Assembly: GCA_965216325.1 (NCBI GenBank) | Contig: OZ244160.1 | Location: 1,568,001 to 1,632,000, forward strand | DNA from: Coraliomargarita sp. | Lineage (GTDB): Bacteria; Verrucomicrobiota; Verrucomicrobiia; Opitutales; Coraliomargaritaceae | Reading direction: 5' to 3' | Length of the DNA: 64,000 bases | Shown here: positions 42,794 through 53,895 of the stretch, in pieces | Numbering within the stretch: the first letter of the stretch is position 1 | How the letters are laid out: each line of letters begins with the position of its first letter | Notes under the pieces: generated by a model | The model's input: only the letters and a program-made list of their open reading frames with translations | Database searches by the model: none | What the model was told of the DNA's origin: nothing | Program-made: the position numbers and the translations under genes

Positions 42794-43408
42794 ATGCTAG
42801 AGACACTTTGCGAACAATTCGCTGCACTGAGTTGGGTGCAATGGCTCGGCTTTGCAACGGGTGTCACTGGTGTTTACCTTAGCATCAAAGAGCGGCTCCT
42901 CGCATGGCCGCTGTTTATCCTTTGCTACAGTTGCTACGTCTATCTGAGCTACCAATACGGGCTCAAATCATTCATGCTGATGAATACGATCTTCATCGGC
43001 ATCTCAATCTACGGCTGGCAAAAATGGGCACGCGGACAACATGCAGGCCAAGGTGATGACATCCCGGTTAGCCATGTGCGCAAACCACACTTACTGATCG
43101 CACTAGCACTCATAGTAGTCGGCACTGTGGGCCTAGGGAGCCTCTTTCAGAAAACAGGCGAAGCTGCGATGCCTTACCTCGACTCGTTTGCCACCTGTTG
43201 CGGCTTCATCGCCCAATGGCTCCTCAGCCGCAAACACGTCGAGACATGGATCGCATGGATCATCACCGACTGCGTATACATCTACCTACTCGCAAAACAA
43301 GGTGCTCTCACGGATGTGCTGCTATTCACCATCTTTATTATACTAGCCCTCAAAGGCTGGAAAGAGTGGCGAGCACCAATACGACAAGCGCAAACCCAAA
43401 CAGCATAA
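42794..43408 (+). CDS. pnuC: Nicotinamide riboside transporter
   Basis: Hydrophobic, WP, YGW..W, PYLDSF, AQWLLSRK..ETW..WI..D. Confidence 0.9.
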   Translation: MLETLCEQFAALSWVQWLGFATGVTGVYLSIKERLLAWPLFILCYSCYVYLSYQYGLKSFMLMNTIFIGISIYGWQKWARGQHAGQGDDIPVSHVRKPHLLIALALIVVGTVGLGSLFQKTGEAAMPYLDSFATCCGFIAQWLLSRKHVETWIAWIITDCVYIYLLAKQGALTDVLLFTIFIILALKGWKEWRAPIRQAQTQTA

Positions 43409-43411
43409 AAC

Positions 43412-43924
43412 ATGAGGCGGATCGTGCTAACAGGTGCTGAATCAACCGGCAAGAGCACCGCAGCAAAAGCCCTGGCCGAACACTATTCAGCTCCGCTCAG
43501 CTCCGAGTTCGTCCGCAGTTACGTCGATCAATTGAATCGTGAACTTACTGCAGACGACCTAGTCCCCATCGCCGAGGGACAACTCGCGCTGGAGTCGGAC
43601 GCAGCAGCCAAAGCAACAAGCACCGTCTTTCACGACACCAACATCCTCTCCTCGGTCATCTATGCGGAGCACTACTTCAACAAGTCGGTAGATCTCGCCG
43701 ACCAAGCACTCGCAAACAACCCCTACACCCTCTACCTGCTCTGCGACACGGACATCCCATGGATCGCAGACGATGGACAACGCGAAAGCCCAGAAACTCG
43801 AGACCTGCTACAAGTGCGCTTTCGACAAGAACTGGAGAAACGCAAACTCTGCTACATTACGCTTAGTGGATCAATCGAAGATCGACTTGCAAAAGCAATC
43901 GATGCGATCGATAGGCTCACTTAG
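43412..43924 (+). CDS. NadR-like ribosylnicotinamide kinase domain (AAA_28)
   Basis: GAESTGKST, EFVR.Y, IAEGQ, DT, DIPWIADDGQR; follows pnuC. Confidence 0.85.
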   Translation: MRRIVLTGAESTGKSTAAKALAEHYSAPLSSEFVRSYVDQLNRELTADDLVPIAEGQLALESDAAAKATSTVFHDTNILSSVIYAEHYFNKSVDLADQALANNPYTLYLLCDTDIPWIADDGQRESPETRDLLQVRFRQELEKRKLCYITLSGSIEDRLAKAIDAIDRLT

Positions 43925-43952
43925 CACTGAGCGTATTCACACTTCAAATACG

Positions 43953-44579
43953 TTATTTCGCAGCAAGCAATGCTGCAATAATCGCTAAGAGTACAAACAG
44001 CACGACCCCAAACGGACGTATTTTATTGATCGACTTCAAGGTGACTTCCTCAGGGACCTTCTTGGCAAACAAGCCAGCCAAAAAGGCCAATTGCCCCCAC
44101 CAATAGATAATTCCAACCAAGCCTCCAACAATCGCCCAAGCAACCGTTTCATAGCTCTGCGGGTGGTTGACGAATACCATAGCTGCCAAAACCAAGGACA
44201 TCGCCAAGGGCAAACGCATGGGCATTGCCAGTGAGCGAACAAAAGCATTTTGAAACAGCACTCCAGCGGAAGGCAACTCGCTCGCATCGCTGAGTGAAAC
44301 AGCCTTAGGCGTGCGCAAGAACTTATACGCTAGGTAGCCTAAATTACCGGCAGCAAAGAGATACATCAATGGCCGTATCGGATGCAAATTAGTCAGCATC
44401 ACACGCAAGCCAGCAACCGCCACGCACATCCAAATTAGGTTCGACAAGGCAAAGCCACTAGAGACCGCAAGCACCTGACGCGCTGAACCACAAACACCGA
44501 CTTTCGCAACCCAGACAGTCCCGGGGAAAAGAGTCAGAGATAAAATACACCCAGCTGCGATGCCTTCCAAAAGTATCAT
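43953..44579 (-). CDS. LysE-like membrane protein
   Basis: GIAAG.ILSL..PG N-terminus, about six hydrophobic segments, 208 aa. Confidence 0.55.
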   Translation of the reverse strand: MILLEGIAAGCILSLTLFPGTVWVAKVGVCGSARQVLAVSSGFALSNLIWMCVAVAGLRVMLTNLHPIRPLMYLFAAGNLGYLAYKFLRTPKAVSLSDASELPSAGVLFQNAFVRSLAMPMRLPLAMSLVLAAMVFVNHPQSYETVAWAIVGGLVGIIYWWGQLAFLAGLFAKKVPEEVTLKSINKIRPFGVVLFVLLAIIAALLAAK

Positions 44580-44588
44580 TACCTTTAC

Positions 44589-45764
44589 TTATATGCGCTG
44601 AACTCGACGGTTCCAACCTACAAAATTAACAAACATCAAAAGCCCCGCAAACAAACACCATCCAAGAGCCGAAAAAGCGCCGAGACCAAACCACACAACA
44701 ACCGCCCAGCCACAAACACATAGCCCACCCCCCAGAACCAGTGCCCTGACTTCAGACTGGTAGCGCCCAATCAAAGCAAGCGGATATAATGGGGTCGAAA
44801 ACAAGATCGCAGCCAGATCAGACTGCAACCACAAGCCACAGCCAACGGCGATCGCAACCGAGGCAACAACCAACAGCCCAACCCATCGCTGAGCAGACTT
44901 AGCGGCCTCAGGTCCGACACTATCCACATCCGATGAGACAATCGCCCAAACGCGCAAATGGATCCAGCGCACAGCCAACAACAGGAAGATCAGCAATGGC
45001 AACTGCCACAGCGCCGATATATCTGCATCAGCAGAATAATCAACTAAGCCAACAGTGACAACAGAGAGTAAGCCCAAAACCGGCAAGCTATCGTAATGCA
45101 ACAGACGAAGCCTCCAAGATCGCAACACAGGAATCGCAAAATGACTGCCTCCGACAGTAAAACTTAGGGCCACAAATAGCAGCGATAAGAGCGCAAATAT
45201 ATTGGCATATGGCGATAGGTCATCACTGAACCAATTCGGAATTGCCAACAACACTGCATTGACCGCAAAAACAGCAGACAGCAGGACACGCCAAGTAAGT
45301 AAAGACCATTGAGCAACCAAACCGGAGGAGGCATCGCTCAAGGCGTAGCCAAAGGCATGCAAGCGCGTCGCAAGCGATGGCAAATCAAAGCCCTCTCCAT
45401 TCCATTTCAGAGCGAGTCGGTTTTCTTGTAGACTCACACGCGCATGCTGCACACCGGGCATCGCACGTGAAATACGCTCAACCAACCAGACACAGCCCAA
45501 GCATGACATCCCATCCACACGCAGTGTCAGCTCAGAATCCGCACGTCCCGCATCAGCTTGCAGGCGCTTCAACTTAGCCAAATCCTTCGCCTTTCCAAGC
45601 GCATCACCCACCGGCCGGCCCACCCGATCCTGCAGGGCGTAATAATCATCAAGATCCTCAGCACGAATCAACTCATACACTTGCCGACAGCCCGAACAGC
45701 AGAAAGCCCCGTCTCCAGTCCCCTCTTTGTAAGGTGTTGCGCAATGCTGACAGGTATGCTTCAT
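44589..45764 (-). CDS. CcoI/FixI-like metal-binding membrane protein lacking ATPase catalytic domains
   Basis: CQHC..FCCSGC..VY.LI....LDDYY, HMA GMSCLGCVWLVE, TM helices; no DKTGT or TGE motif. Confidence 0.7.
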   Translation of the reverse strand: MKHTCQHCATPYKEGTGDGAFCCSGCRQVYELIRAEDLDDYYALQDRVGRPVGDALGKAKDLAKLKRLQADAGRADSELTLRVDGMSCLGCVWLVERISRAMPGVQHARVSLQENRLALKWNGEGFDLPSLATRLHAFGYALSDASSGLVAQWSLLTWRVLLSAVFAVNAVLLAIPNWFSDDLSPYANIFALLSLLFVALSFTVGGSHFAIPVLRSWRLRLLHYDSLPVLGLLSVVTVGLVDYSADADISALWQLPLLIFLLLAVRWIHLRVWAIVSSDVDSVGPEAAKSAQRWVGLLVVASVAIAVGCGLWLQSDLAAILFSTPLYPLALIGRYQSEVRALVLGGGLCVCGWAVVVWFGLGAFSALGWCLFAGLLMFVNFVGWNRRVQRI

Positions 45765-45831
45765 GTAAAATTTATTTCAGAGATGTAAATACGCGTTGCA
45801 AAGTGGCAGCGCCAGATTTTCTTAAGATCAC

Positions 45832-46278
45832 ATGCAAGAATCCTTATATCAGCTAGTCTATATGAGCGCCGCAGCCCCGGAGCTTACTAAAGATGCGCTG
45901 ATTGACATTCTTGCCGCCGCCCAGAAAAACAACGCTAAACGCGGCATTACGGGTTTATTGCTGCATTCCGACGGCAACGTAATTCAAGTTATTGAAGGCC
46001 AGAAAGAAGACGTCGAGGCACTCTACAGCAAAATTGAGAACGACAGTCGCCACGAAAACCCGATGGTGCTTTATCGTAAAGCCATTACCGAGCGCGACTT
46101 TCCTGAGTTCAAAATGGGCTTCCGAACCGCCAAGCTCTCCGAACTCGAAGCCAACTTCCCCGCCTTCACTGACTTGGTCCAAAAGCGCCAACTCCCCAAA
46201 GAGACCATGGATAAGATCTCCAAGCGGGCTGCGACTTTTCTGCGCACCTTCGCGCGCACGACCCGATTGGAAAACTAA
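45832..46278 (+). CDS. BLUF-domain blue-light sensor
   Basis: LVYMSAA, N...GITGLL, QVIEG, LY.KI..DSRH, R.F....MGF. Confidence 0.92.
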   Translation: MQESLYQLVYMSAAAPELTKDALIDILAAAQKNNAKRGITGLLLHSDGNVIQVIEGQKEDVEALYSKIENDSRHENPMVLYRKAITERDFPEFKMGFRTAKLSELEANFPAFTDLVQKRQLPKETMDKISKRAATFLRTFARTTRLEN

Positions 46279-46428
46279 ATGCCGACAGGTAGCCGCTACT
46301 GGACCCGACGACTACAGCACACCAGCTACCTGATTTCCAAATCCAAAAAAGTTCTAATAAAACCACTCCTCACACGTTGTTCATGTGAAACCGCTTGGTA
46401 GCGCTGCCAGGCATCACCTCAAATCACA

Positions 46429-46950
46429 ATGAAAGATGAACAACCCAGCACCGATTCAGAGTGGATGCACTCCATGGTGGAAACCCATGCGGCTGACCTT
46501 ACCCGCTATGCCGCATCCATCCTTGGCAATGCCGAAAGCGCCAAAGATGTTGTCCAAGACAGCTTCATTCGCCTATGGCGCGAACCCCGCGAGAAAGTCA
46601 AAGGGCACGTGCGCCCTTGGCTTTTTAAAGTATGCCGCAACCGCGCATTTGACCTGCGCCGGAAGGGAGGCCGCATGAAACCGCTCAACGAAGTCATGGT
46701 CGCAACGACCGCAAGCGACGAACGCAACCCCGAAGAAGCCACCGAGCAACGCGACAACCAAGCGCAAGTCCTCGGCCTCATGCAGCAGCTCCCCGAGAAC
46801 CAACGAGAAGTCGTGCGGCTCAAATTCCAGAACGGGCTCAGCTACAAAGAAATCGCCTCCGTCACCGAACTATCGGTTAGCAACGTAGGCTTTTTGCTCC
46901 ACACCGCGATCCAGACCCTGCGCGCACAAGTCGCTGCCTCGGGCGAGTAA
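46429..46950 (+). CDS. ECF sigma-70 factor
   Basis: [43 protein letters not shown]. Confidence 0.92.
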   Translation: MKDEQPSTDSEWMHSMVETHAADLTRYAASILGNAESAKDVVQDSFIRLWREPREKVKGHVRPWLFKVCRNRAFDLRRKGGRMKPLNEVMVATTASDERNPEEATEQRDNQAQVLGLMQQLPENQREVVRLKFQNGLSYKEIASVTELSVSNVGFLLHTAIQTLRAQVAASGE

Positions 46951-46967
46951 CCAAAGGAGACCATACC

Positions 46968-49253
46968 ATGAAACTTTTACCAGATGATCCAAAATTAACC
47001 GCCTACGCGCTCGGCGAAATCGACGACGAACACGAGCGCAAGACAATCCAACAAGCCATCCAGCAAGATCCAGCCCTCCAGGCTGAAGTTGAAAATATAC
47101 GGAGTTTCAGCCAGCTGCTCAGCGACGAGTTGAGGTCTGAAACCAGCCCCGAGCTGAGCGAATTCGAAAAAGCACAGCTACAGCAAGAGCCCACCCCTGA
47201 GCCACAAATGGCCAATCGGCGCATACGACTCGCATGGCCTGTGATTACAGGGATTGCGGCTATCTTAGCTCTAATGCTCTACCTGAACACGTCACATGTA
47301 GAGCATATCCAATACGAAATGGCTTTTCGTGACAGCGACGCAGATGAAGTCCACGAAGAAGTTCACTACCGTATGCTAGAGGTAGAGATACCAGCCGAAG
47401 TCATCGAAGGCACACCACAGCCGATCAAAGTGCCCGGCTTGGAACCCGAAGCTACGCAAGCACCACGATTAATCGTTGCCGAAAGCAAGCCTTACAAAGC
47501 TGAGCGTATGGCCGAGATCGGCAGAGATCAGCCCGCCCCTAGTGCACCCGCAAGCATACCAAGTCAGACTTCAGTCTTAGCGAAAGGCAAAATCAGCGGC
47601 ATGCAGTCAAGCGCAGCCACAGGCGTGAATAACATTCAAGTTGCCGATGTGCCTGTCGTCTCGGCGGACATGGAAGATTCCTTTACGCTCACCGCGGGGC
47701 TTGGTGGTGTGGGCAACAATCAACCCCTAGGTGGAGCAAGAGGCAGTCTTAGCATGATCGAACCAGCAGCCGTGGCCTGCTTCATGCCACCTCCAACCGC
47801 CGAGCCAACGCCTCGCACAGAATGGAACACCGAGAAATACGATCCCATCGAAGAATCTGACTTCCGTTCGCCCTTCGTTGCGCCACTTTCGACCTTCTCA
47901 ATCGATGTCGACACCGCGAGCTACGCCAACGTGCGCCGCTTCCTCAATCAGGGGCAACTGCCGCCCGCTGATGCCGTTCGCATCGAAGAGCTCATCAACT
48001 ACTTCCCCTACAACGATGCGGCTCCAACGGAATCGCTCAAGGAAGGTGGCGATCCGTTTGCCGTTCACATGGCGCAGACCACTGCGCCGTGGAACGACCA
48101 ACACCATCTGCTACGCATCGCCCTCAAAGGCTACGAGATGCCTTGGGAAGAGCGCCCAGCCTCCAACCTCGTCTTCCTGCTCGACGTATCCGGCTCCATG
48201 AACAGCCAGAATAAGCTACCCCTGGTCAAGGACGCCATGAACATGTTGGTGCAACGCCTCGACCAGCGTGACCGTGTTGCCATCGTCGTCTACGCAGGCG
48301 CATCCGGACTGGCATTACCGTCGACTACCGCGAACAACGGCAAGACGATCGAACATGCGATCAATCAACTCGAATCCGGAGGCTCCACGAACGCCGGCGA
48401 AGGCATCGCCCTCGCCTACAAAGTTGCTCGAGAGAACTTCATCGAAGGCGGCAACAACCGCGTCATCCTCTGCACCGACGGAGACTTCAACGTCGGCCAA
48501 ACGAATCGAGGCGACCTCGCAAAGATCGCAGAGGCACAGGCTGAACAAGGCACCTCACTAACCATACTCGGATTCGGCATGGGCAACTACAAAGACGACA
48601 TGCTCGAGACACTCTCCAACAAGGGCAAAGGCAGCTACGCCTACGTCGACTCACGCAAGGAGGCTCGCAAGGTATTCCTCGAAGACCTCACCAGCAATCT
48701 GTTCAAGATCGCCAAAGACGTAAAAATACAAGTCGAATTCAACCCAGCACAAGTGTCTGCCTATCGACTTATCGGATATGAAAATCGACGCCTCAAAGCA
48801 GAGGACTTCAATAACGACCAAAAGAAGGCTGGCGACATTGGCCCCGGACACTCCATCGTTGCACTCTACGAACTCATTCCAAGCGACGTATCCATCGCAC
48901 TGCCTGAAGTCGACGCACTTCGCTACCAGCAGCATGCCAAGCCAGAGCAGCTTGATAGTGAAGTCGCCACGGTCAAACTGCGCTATAAGCAACCGGATGA
49001 AACAGTCAGTCAACTGATTCAAAAGGCCGTCCACACTACTGAGCTTACTGAAATCGACGCTGCAAATGACGACTTCCGATTCAGCGCAGCAGTCGCAGCA
49101 TTTGGTCTACGCCTCAGAGAATCAGAATCGATTGGAGACTACAGCTACGCAGAGATTGACCGCTTAGCAGCCTCCGCACTCGCCAAAGATTCCGGCGGCC
49201 ACCGCAGTGAATTCTTGGAATTGGTCCACCAAGCGAAGCAGCTGTCCCAATAG
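46968..49253 (+). CDS. Anti-sigma-like membrane protein with YfbK-type vWA domain
   Basis: LTAYALGE N-domain, [42 protein letters not shown]. Confidence 0.88.
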   Translation: MKLLPDDPKLTAYALGEIDDEHERKTIQQAIQQDPALQAEVENIRSFSQLLSDELRSETSPELSEFEKAQLQQEPTPEPQMANRRIRLAWPVITGIAAILALMLYLNTSHVEHIQYEMAFRDSDADEVHEEVHYRMLEVEIPAEVIEGTPQPIKVPGLEPEATQAPRLIVAESKPYKAERMAEIGRDQPAPSAPASIPSQTSVLAKGKISGMQSSAATGVNNIQVADVPVVSADMEDSFTLTAGLGGVGNNQPLGGARGSLSMIEPAAVACFMPPPTAEPTPRTEWNTEKYDPIEESDFRSPFVAPLSTFSIDVDTASYANVRRFLNQGQLPPADAVRIEELINYFPYNDAAPTESLKEGGDPFAVHMAQTTAPWNDQHHLLRIALKGYEMPWEERPASNLVFLLDVSGSMNSQNKLPLVKDAMNMLVQRLDQRDRVAIVVYAGASGLALPSTTANNGKTIEHAINQLESGGSTNAGEGIALAYKVARENFIEGGNNRVILCTDGDFNVGQTNRGDLAKIAEAQAEQGTSLTILGFGMGNYKDDMLETLSNKGKGSYAYVDSRKEARKVFLEDLTSNLFKIAKDVKIQVEFNPAQVSAYRLIGYENRRLKAEDFNNDQKKAGDIGPGHSIVALYELIPSDVSIALPEVDALRYQQHAKPEQLDSEVATVKLRYKQPDETVSQLIQKAVHTTELTEIDAANDDFRFSAAVAAFGLRLRESESIGDYSYAEIDRLAASALAKDSGGHRSEFLELVHQAKQLSQ

Positions 49254-49276
49254 CTCAAAATCTCCTCGAGTTCAAC

Positions 49277-49365
49277 GGTAGCGCAGCTGCGGCTCGCAGC
49301 GCACTGTATCATCTCTGGTAAATCCACACCTAAGCGCATGCGGTGCCAGAGGCACCTGCGCTACC
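49277..49365. repeat. REP-like inverted doublet
   Basis: ggtagcgcagctgcggctcgcagcgca ... tgcggtgccagaggcacctgcgctacc. Confidence 0.7.
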
Positions 49366-49451
49366 CACTCATGGCAACTTAGCAAGGGTCTGTCTTTGTT
49401 GGAACCACCCAGTCCCGCTCCGCGATTCACCTCTCCTCACCAAAGAGCTAA

Positions 49452-49503
49452 AAGCTCCTCCCCTGAGAAGGGGAGGTCACCTGCTTGCCAGGTGAGAGGG
49501 GTC
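49452..49503. repeat. Palindromic repeat (aagctcctcccct family, uninterrupted copy)
   Basis: aagctcctcccctgagaaggggaggtcacctgcttgccaggtgagaggggtc. Confidence 0.7.
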
Positions 49504-49513
49504 TCCCCGAAGG

Positions 49514-52500
49514 CTAGACCAGATCAAAACGCTCGATGCCCTTGCGCACGTCCGACAAGAACGCTGCGGCCCCCACACCATTCACCCAACGGTGGTCAAA
49601 GGTCAGCACCAAGGAAACCACTTCCATCGTCCCACCCTCTTTAGACTTCGGATCCGGCAGGGTAAACGGCGCGCCAATAAACAAGGTCGCCACCGAAGGT
49701 GGCACCACAACTGGTATCGCCGAGCGCACATTGTAGGCGCCCATACTTGAAATCGACAAGGAAACGCGATTCTTGGAGACAATCTCACCATGACGTGTAT
49801 CGCGTAGCGACTTATTGAATACATCAGGAAACTCACTCCACTCCAAAGCATTCGCATTTTGCACGACTGCAGTTTCAAGAACATCACCAGGCAAGGCGAC
49901 CGCAACCCCAAGATCGAGGCGCTCCGAATCGTGCATCAGCTGTCCGCCTCGAATGTAGGACGCGAAGCGCTCATGCTTCTTCATCGCCTGCACCACAGCC
50001 CATGCAGTCATCGTGGCAGTCGAGAGCGTGCCACCGGGTGTCTTTTTACTACGCAGCCGTGCATCGCGCACGGCTTCCCAACGGCAGGTCATATCAATCG
50101 TTGCCGGCACAATCCCTTCAAGCTGCTTAATCGCCTCCATAGAAAGACCAGCAGCCTTCTTTAAGGTATTATACGCCTGTGCCTCCTCAGGCTCAGCGAC
50201 TTTAATCGTTGCCGGCTCAGCCTTACGGCTCAGACGAAGCACCACAAGGTCCTGACCAACATTCACCTCATCGTCTTCGGCGACGTTCCACGACTCGAGA
50301 ATGCCGTCCTCATCACTCTCAATCGGGAAGACGGCCTTATCGGTTTCAACTTCACAAAGTGCATCATCGGCCTTCACCTCGTCGCCGACTTGCTTGAGCA
50401 CCGAAACCACACGCGCCACTCGAATGCCTTCGCCAAGAATCGGCACAGTGATCACCTTGGTCGACTCTTCGAGACTGGGATTATCTTCAGACATATCAGT
50501 AGGCGGTAAATCAGTTATTTGTGGTGATGGTGCAACAGAGCACTCGACATCCAATTGCAAAGCACTCTCTAAAGTAGCCGAGAGTAAACGCTCGATCGCT
50601 GCAGACACTCGCTCCTTATCCGGCAACGCGGCATATTCGTAAATCGGGTTAAAGCCGACATGCACATCTTCCTTCGACACGATGATTGGCGACGCCTTCA
50701 AGGCCTGCAACACAGCTTGATCGGAACACAGCTCTGCAACAATCATTTGCCCGACACTCGCAGAAATGTTATCTTCCTGCACAATGATCAAGCGGCCGGT
50801 CTTCTGCACCGAAGCCGCAATGGCCTCACGGTCCCATGGAGCAATCGAACGCAAGTCTATCAACTCAACATCAAGCTCAGCCGACATGCCCTCAAGCGTT
50901 TCCTCGACAAGCTCAATACAATTACCCCAAGTCACCAAGGTCAGCAACTCACCCTCGCGTACCATACGTGCTTTACCGAGCGGCACAGCTGCCGCAGGCT
51001 CTGCGACCTTCTGATCAGCCCACATCAAATGCTTGGGCAACAGAATAATCGTCGGATCCTCTCCGTGCAGTGCAGTCCAGAAAAGCCCTGCTGTATCTTG
51101 CGGAGTCGATGGCACCACCACGCGAATACCCGGCACACGTGCAAATGAGGCCTCACCCGCTTGACTGTGCCATAGCGCACCGCCAGGCAAGTAACCACCA
51201 CAGGGCGCATAAATCACCAAGGGGCACTTCCAATGGCCAAAGCTACGCCAGCGCAAGGTAGCCATATTCGAGACCAGCTGATTCCAACCAGGATAAATAA
51301 AGTCAACAAACTGGATCTCAAAACACGGCCGCTTACCATAGGATGCCAAGCCAACCGAAACCCCCATAATCGTGGACTCTGCCAAGGGTGAGTTCACCGC
51401 ACGCGAGGGATCTTTCGTGGATAGACCTTTAGTCAAGTTGAAGACGCCACCCTTAGGATCCGCAATGTCTTCTCCGAAGAAGACGACGTCGCTCAATTCA
51501 TCCATTGCAGCATGGAAGGTCTTGTTGACCGCATCAAGCATGCGACAAGACTCGCCTAATTCGATGCGAGTGTCGCTCGGGCTAGGTTCATCACCTACTA
51601 AATGTAAGGTGCTCTCATCGGCTCGTGGATCTTCGGAAGTGCTTACTTCACGATATGCCGCACGAATCTCTTCACGTAGCGCCTCTTCGCCAGCCGTCGC
51701 TTCCTCACGACTGAGCACACCTTCTTCGATCAAACGGTTTTGGTAAATGGTAATCGGATCACGCTCATGCATTGACTCCAATTCGTCAACGGAGCGATAC
51801 ATACGTTGATCGTCTGCACTCGAGTGATTGGAGAAACGCTCCACGTCACACCAGATAAAAGCAGGACCTTTTCCAGAGCGCGCATGCTCAACAGCAACTC
51901 GACCAGCTTCGGCGACTGCCTCAACGTCACTGCCATCAACACGTACCCACTCATCGCGGTTAAAGACATTCAACGCGAGTGGATTCGTCCGCTGAGTCGA
52001 TGTGCTAATTGCAATTCGGTTATCCTCTACAACAAAAACCATCGGCAAGTTCCGCTCCTTGGCGAAGCAAATGGCTTCATAAAAATCACCTTGACGCGTT
52101 GCTGCCTCACCAATCGAAGCATAGACAATATTCTGCTTACCGTCTAATTGCATGCCCCATGCTGCGCCACAAGCAGGCAACATATGCACGCCCACGGGTG
52201 AGGGATGACTCCAGATGTTCAGCTCACGATCACTAAAGTGCCCCGTTAACTGACGCCCACCACTGGACGAATCACGCTTTGCATAAAAAGCTAGAGCAAG
52301 GTCACGATCGGTTAAGCCGCGTTGTAAGCAAAAGGCCCGATCCCGATAATATGGAAAGGCATAATCATCCGGCTCCATATGTAAGGCGATCGCAGCGAGT
52401 GCCTCGTGGCCCATGCCCGAAATATGAAACCAGCCCTTTCCCTGACGAATCAAGCTCTGCTCACGAAGATCACCAATACGGCTGCGCCACAGCGTGTTTA

Positions 52501-52561
52501 AGAGGGATTTACGTGACGCAGCATCGAGCAGCGCCTTCGCGGATGGATCTGAATTAGGCAT
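49514..52561 (-). CDS. Fused 2-oxoacid dehydrogenase E1alpha-E1beta-lipoyl-E2
   Basis: [16 protein letters not shown] (TPP site), [39 protein letters not shown] in one 1015-aa ORF. Confidence 0.9.
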   Translation of the reverse strand: MPNSDPSAKALLDAASRKSLLNTLWRSRIGDLREQSLIRQGKGWFHISGMGHEALAAIALHMEPDDYAFPYYRDRAFCLQRGLTDRDLALAFYAKRDSSSGGRQLTGHFSDRELNIWSHPSPVGVHMLPACGAAWGMQLDGKQNIVYASIGEAATRQGDFYEAICFAKERNLPMVFVVEDNRIAISTSTQRTNPLALNVFNRDEWVRVDGSDVEAVAEAGRVAVEHARSGKGPAFIWCDVERFSNHSSADDQRMYRSVDELESMHERDPITIYQNRLIEEGVLSREEATAGEEALREEIRAAYREVSTSEDPRADESTLHLVGDEPSPSDTRIELGESCRMLDAVNKTFHAAMDELSDVVFFGEDIADPKGGVFNLTKGLSTKDPSRAVNSPLAESTIMGVSVGLASYGKRPCFEIQFVDFIYPGWNQLVSNMATLRWRSFGHWKCPLVIYAPCGGYLPGGALWHSQAGEASFARVPGIRVVVPSTPQDTAGLFWTALHGEDPTIILLPKHLMWADQKVAEPAAAVPLGKARMVREGELLTLVTWGNCIELVEETLEGMSAELDVELIDLRSIAPWDREAIAASVQKTGRLIIVQEDNISASVGQMIVAELCSDQAVLQALKASPIIVSKEDVHVGFNPIYEYAALPDKERVSAAIERLLSATLESALQLDVECSVAPSPQITDLPPTDMSEDNPSLEESTKVITVPILGEGIRVARVVSVLKQVGDEVKADDALCEVETDKAVFPIESDEDGILESWNVAEDDEVNVGQDLVVLRLSRKAEPATIKVAEPEEAQAYNTLKKAAGLSMEAIKQLEGIVPATIDMTCRWEAVRDARLRSKKTPGGTLSTATMTAWAVVQAMKKHERFASYIRGGQLMHDSERLDLGVAVALPGDVLETAVVQNANALEWSEFPDVFNKSLRDTRHGEIVSKNRVSLSISSMGAYNVRSAIPVVVPPSVATLFIGAPFTLPDPKSKEGGTMEVVSLVLTFDHRWVNGVGAAAFLSDVRKGIERFDLV

Positions 52562-52651
52562 TGATAGTTTGTCGTGACAGGCCGGTTACATGCCTTACTC
52601 GCTCTGATAAAACGCGGGCTCTCGGCAACGAGCAAGGCTGAACAACAGCTT

Positions 52652-52718
<67 letters not shown>

Positions 52719-52953
52719 GTGTGTTAATTAACTATGCCTACACCCTAGCAAATAAGATCTACTTATCAAGACATATTATTGTAAAAGAATTTCTTATGAT
52801 AAAAACTACGAAAGAGGGTAAGTTCCTCTAATAGGCTACATTCCTCAGCATTCGTAAGGGGTTACGTGGACGGCACATGAAAATAACATAAAACCACTTG
52901 CAACCACACTGCTTTCCTTGCGCTTCCGAGAGGAACAATCACAGTCTAACAGC

Positions 52954-53328
52954 ATGCAACATCGTGAAGAATTCCGTCCAGGAGCCACTATCATCAAACA
53001 AGGCGATGAGGGAGTTGGCTTTTACATTCTCGAGAAAGGCTCAGTCGAGGTCTACAAGGACGACATTAAGCTCAACGTCTTGATGTTTCCCGGCACGATT
53101 TTCGGCGAAATGGGCAACATCACCAATAAACCGCGCACCTGCACGGTGAAAGCGCGTACTCCGACCGTCGTGACCCGCTATGAAGCAGCAGGCATGGACG
53201 AGATTATCCGCGAATATCCCGACATTGCACTCCGCATCTTCATGACACTCGCCAGCCGACTAGAGCGAACCACACAGAAGCTGGCGGATCTCTCGCAAGC
53301 CGCATTGTTGATCTCCGAAGAAGAATAG
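52954..53328 (+). CDS. Stand-alone cyclic nucleotide-binding domain protein
   Basis: IIKQGD.G..FYILEKG.VEV, FGEM, PRTCTV.A. Confidence 0.88.
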   Translation: MQHREEFRPGATIIKQGDEGVGFYILEKGSVEVYKDDIKLNVLMFPGTIFGEMGNITNKPRTCTVKARTPTVVTRYEAAGMDEIIREYPDIALRIFMTLASRLERTTQKLADLSQAALLISEEE

Positions 53329-53383
53329 CTCCAGCCACTTGCAAAGCTGTAAGTGCACGGCAGTTTCCTGCGTTATATTTCGC

Positions 53384-53890
53384 ATGATCAAATTCACACT
53401 CGCTGTTCTCTTTCTTACCTGCACAGGCACGCTCTTCGCCAAAGGCCTCGCCGTCGGCGCAGCAGCGCCTCAAGTCACCGCGCTTGATCAAGACGGCAAC
53501 GAAGTTGACCTTGGCAAAGTCCTCAGCGAAGGCACCACAGTTGTCTTTTTCTACCCCAAAGCCGATACGCCCGGCTGCACCAAACAAGCTTGCAGCCTCG
53601 GCGAAGGATTCATGGACCTTAAACTCCGAGGCGTAAACGTCTACGGCGTATCAGGCGACAGCGCCAAGGCACAAGCGAAATTCAAAGAGAAGTATTCGCT
53701 TCCTTACCCACTGATTGCCGACAGCGAACTCAAAGTGAGTGAAGCCTTCAGCAAGAGCCGCTGGGCACGCCAAGCTTACATCTTTAATGACGGCAAAGTT
53801 GCCTGGGCAGACCATAAAGCCGCGACAGCCAAGCAATTCGAGGAAGTCATCGCAGCGCTCGACGAACTTGGTATCGCTCCCAAGTCATAA
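53384..53890 (+). CDS. bcp: Exported peroxiredoxin (Bcp/PrxQ type)
   Basis: Signal peptide, FYPKADTPGCTKQAC, GVS.D, LPYPLIAD. Confidence 0.88.
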   Translation: MIKFTLAVLFLTCTGTLFAKGLAVGAAAPQVTALDQDGNEVDLGKVLSEGTTVVFFYPKADTPGCTKQACSLGEGFMDLKLRGVNVYGVSGDSAKAQAKFKEKYSLPYPLIADSELKVSEAFSKSRWARQAYIFNDGKVAWADHKAATAKQFEEVIAALDELGIAPKS

Positions 53891-53895
53891 GGCAC

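Noticed and set aside
46286..46332. Short caggtagc/gctacctg inverted repeat after BLUF
   Set aside because: Only 8 bp and no second copy; too weak to call as a REP or terminator
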